Assembly: GCA_051530055.1 (NCBI GenBank)
Contig: CM121341.1
Coordinates: 5,124,784-5,188,783 of the forward strand
DNA from: Neoechinorhynchus agilis
Taxonomy: Eukaryota; Animalia; Acanthocephala
DNA: 64,000 nt
Reading direction: 5' to 3'
Part shown: in pieces, positions 60,430-64,000 of the stretch
How the letters are laid out: each line of letters begins with the position of its first letter
Numbering within the stretch: position 1 is the stretch's first letter
Program-made: the position numbers and the translations under genes
The notes under the pieces: model-generated
What the model was told of the DNA's origin: nothing
Databases searched by the model: none
The model's input: the letters and a program-made list of their open reading frames with translations, nothing else

Positions 60430-61462
60430 GCAATTAAAAGGATTTTATTTTAAAATCCGATATTTCGGCACAATCTTCTGCCTTAAAAAATTTGCACAAG
60501 AAATTAAAATGATTTTATCTTAAGATCCGATATTTCGAAGACGCAATCTTCTGCCTTTAAAAATTTACACAAGAAATTAAAATGATTTTATCATAAAATC
60601 CGATATTTCGAAGACGCAATCTTCTGCCTTTAAAAATTTGCACAAGAAATTAAAATGATTTTATTTTAAAATCCGATATTTCGAAGGCGCAATCTTCTAA
60701 TTTGTACAAGAAATTAAAATGATTATATTTTAAAATCCGATATTTCGAAAACGCAATCTTCTCCCATTAAAAAATTTGCACAAGAAATTAAAATGATTTT
60801 ATTTTAAGATCCGATATTTCGAAGGCACAATCTTCTACCTTTAAAAATTTACACAAGAAATTAAAATGATTTTATCATAAAATCCGATATTTCGAAGACG
60901 CAATCTTCTGCCTTTAAAAATTTGCACAAGAAATTAAAATGATTTTATTTTAAAATCCGATATTTCGAAGGCGCAATCTTCTAATTTGTACAAGAAATTA
61001 AAATGATTTTATTTTAAAATCCGATATTTCGAAAACGCAATCTTCTCCCATTAAAAAATTTGCACAAGAAATTAAAATGATTTTATTTTAAGATCCGATA
61101 TTTCGAAGGCACAATCTTCTGCCTTTAAAAATTTACACAAGAAATTAAAATGATTTTATCATAAAATCCGATATTTCGAAGACGCAATCTTCTGCCTTTA
61201 AAAATTTGCACAAGAAATTAAAATGATTTTATTTTAAAATCCGATATTTCGAAGGCGCAATCTTCTAATTTGTACAAGAAATTAAAATGATTTTATTTTA
61301 AAATCCGATATTTCGAAAACGCAATCTTCTCCCATTAAGAAATTTGCACAAGAAATTAAAATGATTTTATTTTAAGATCCGATATTTCGAAGGCACAATC
61401 TTCTGCCTTTAAAAATTTGCACAAGAAATTAAAATGATTTTATTTTAAAATCCGATATTTCG
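60430..61462. repeat. Tandem satellite, ~73-bp monomer, with a 284-bp 4-mer higher-order repeat
   Basis: CCGATATTTCG spacings cycle 73, 73, 64, 74. Confidence 0.96.
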
Positions 61463-61711
61463 AATTGATTCAATGCACAATTCACTCAGTGATCATTTGC
61501 CTCTCATCCTTTACTATTTTGATTGAGTGAAATTCGAAATCATCATAACTTGCACAAAATGAAGACGTCGACGCTAAAGAGTTATCTGCACTTCGAGTTG
61601 ACTTTTGCTATTGAGCATTCTGAACTTTGCTATAAAAATCGTCGAGAAGAAAGAAACGTTTGCGAATTCACCATGATGATTGGCCGGCTATAGAACCATT
61701 CACTTTTTGCC

Positions 61712-64000
61712 AAGATCTTTTAAGTGCGTTCTTCAGAGTGTATTTTAAAAGGTCTTGCAACCAAAAGTTCTGGTTCAACTTAAAGTTCTCAGGCCTCTCG
61801 ATTAAAATGCGATTTAATTATATTGGTGAGCTTCCGAGATATTCTCTTCATTCGAGAGGCACGAGAACTTTGAAATGAATCGGAGGCAAGAACTTTTAAG
61901 TGCGTTCTTCAGAGTGTATTTTAAAAGGTCTTGCAACCAAAAGTTCTGGTTCAACTTAAAGTTCTCAGGCCTCTCGATTAAAATGCGATTTAATCAAAAC
62001 TTTATTGGTGAGCTTCCGAGATATTCTCTTCATTCGAGAGGCACGAGAACTTTGAAATGAATCGGAGGCAAGAACTTTTAAGTGCGTTCTTCAGAGTGTA
62101 TTTTAAAAGGTCTTGCAACCAAAAGTTCTGGTTCAACTTAAAGTTCTCAGGCCTCTCGATTGAAAAGCGATTTAATTTTATTGGTGAGCTTCCGAGATAT
62201 TCTCTTCATTCGAGAGGCACGAGAACTTTGAAATGAATCGGAGGCAAGAACTTTTAAGTGCGTTCTTCAGAGTGTATTTTAAAAGGTCTTGCAACCAAAA
62301 GTTCTGGTTCAACTTAAAGTTCTCAGGCCTCTCGATTAAAATGCGATTTAATTTTATTGGTGAGCTTCCGAGATATTCTCTTCATTCGAGCGGCACGAGA
62401 ACTTTGAGGTGGAATTGTAAGACATTACGGAACAAAGATCTTTTAAGTGCGTTCTTCACATTGTATTTTAAAAGATCTTGCAACCAAAAGTCTTGGTTCA
62501 ACCTAAAGTTCTCAGGCCTCTCGATTGAAAAGCGATTTAATTTTATTGGTGGATTTCCGAGATATTCTCTTCATTCGAGAGGCACGAGAACTTTGAAATG
62601 AATCGGAGGCAAGAACTTTTAAGTGCGTTCTTCAGAGTGTATTTTAAAAGGTCTTGCAACCAAAAGTTCTGGTTCAACTTAAAGTTCTCAGGCCTCTCGA
62701 TTGAAAAGCGATTTAATTTTATTGGTGAGCTTCCGAGATATTCTCTTCATTCGAGAGGCACGAGAACTTTGAGGTGGAATTGTAAGACATTACGGAACAA
62801 AGATCTTTTAAGTGCGTTCTTCACATTGTATTTTAAAAGATCTTGCAACCAAAAGTCTTGGTTCAACCTAAAGTTCTCAGGCCTCTCGATTGAAAAGCGA
62901 TTTAATTTTATTGGTGGGTTTCCGAGATATTCTCTTCATTCGAGAGGCACGAGAACTTTGAAATGAATCGGAGGCAAGAACTTTTAAGTGCGTTCTTCAG
63001 AGTGTATTTTAAAAGGTCTTGCAACCAAAAGTCTTGGTTCAACCTAAAGTTCTCAGGCCTCTCGATTGAAAAGCGATTTAATTTTATTGGTGAGCTTCCG
63101 AGATATTCTCTTCATTCGAGAGGCACGAGAACTTTGAAATGAATCGGAGGCAAGAACTTTTAAGTGCGTTCTTCAGAGTGTATTTTAAAAGATCTTGCAA
63201 CCAAAAGTCTTGGTTCAACCTAAAGTTCTCAGGCCTCTCGATTGAAAAGCGATTTAATTTTATTGGTGGGTTTCCGAGATATTCTCTTCATTCGAGAGGC
63301 ACGAGAACTTTGAAATGAATCGGAGGCAAGAATTTAAGTGCGTTCTTCAGAGTGTATTTTAAAAGGTCTTGCAACCAAAAGTCTTGGTTCAACCTAAAGT
63401 TCTCAGGCCTCTCGATTGAAAAGCGATTTAATTTTATTGGTGAGCTTCCGAGATATTCTCTTCATTCGAGAGGCACGAGAACTTTGAAATGAATCGGAGG
63501 CAAGAACTTTTAAGTGCGTTCTTCACATTGTATTTTAAAAGGTCTTGCAACCAAAAGTCTTGGTCCAACCTAAAGTTCTCAGGCATCTCGATTGAAAAGC
63601 GATTTAATTTTATTGGTGAGCTTCCGAGATATTCTCTTCATTCGAGAGGCACGAGAACTTTGAAATGAATCGGAGGCAAGAACTTTTAAGTGCGTTCTTC
63701 AGAGTGCATTTTAAAAGATCTTGCAACCAAAAGTCTTGGTTCAACCTAAAGTTCTCAGGCCTCTCGATTGAAAAGCGATTTAATTTTATTGGTGGATTTC
63801 CGAGATATTCTCTTCATTCGAGAGGCACGAGAACTTTGAAATGAATCGGAGGCAAGAACTTTTAAGTGCGTTCTTCAGAGTGTATTTTAAAAGGTCTTGC
63901 AACCAAAAGTCTTGGTCCAACCTAAAGTTCTCAGGCATCTCGATTGAAAAGCGATTTAATTTTATTGGTGAGCTTCCGAGATATTCTCTTCATTCGAGAG
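61712..64000. repeat. Tandem satellite, 176-bp monomer (189-bp variant), ~13 copies, continues off the right edge
   Basis: ATGAATCGGAGGC at 62057, 62233, 62598, 62963, 63139, 63315, 63489, 63665 and 63841. Confidence 0.97.

Noticed and set aside
61660-62966. Repeated MNRRQELL ORFs
   Set aside because: Translations of the 176-bp satellite.

Overview
Eukaryotic (animal) DNA from a compact, AT-rich genome with short canonical GT-AG introns (40-55 nt where I traced them). Ciliary genes point to a ciliated invertebrate; the taxon cannot be fixed from sequence alone. Genes: a ~12.4-kb multi-exon UNC79; partial DNAAF5/HEATR2-like; an aldo-keto reductase split by a TA-flanked MITE; three intronless Cys-rich/Cys-Gly-Pro genes with TATA boxes; an acidic, predicted lipid-anchored AKAP-like protein; a class A GPCR; a divergent actin lacking most of its D-loop; cyclophilin B; a Tctex1-domain protein; two small membrane proteins; an ERGIC-53-type lectin; a 4x NZF zinc-finger protein; and a transgelin-type CH protein. 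About a fifth of the window is seven tandem arrays (monomers ~166, 153, 118, 34, 252, 73, 176 bp). There are also several MITE families, decayed CRE-like non-LTR elements, a tandemly duplicated dead Gypsy fragment and a tRNA-headed SINE-like element. Top leads: the D-loop-less Q137D/D157Y actin, the MITE-in-AKR possibly rescued by splicing, a satellite packed with CRE/CCAAT/TATA motifs, satellites apparently seeded from a MITE arm and a SINE segment, and the CGP/AKAP-like cluster. All homology calls are by eye from remembered family motifs; no searches were run. Homopolymer noise suggests long-read assembly errors.
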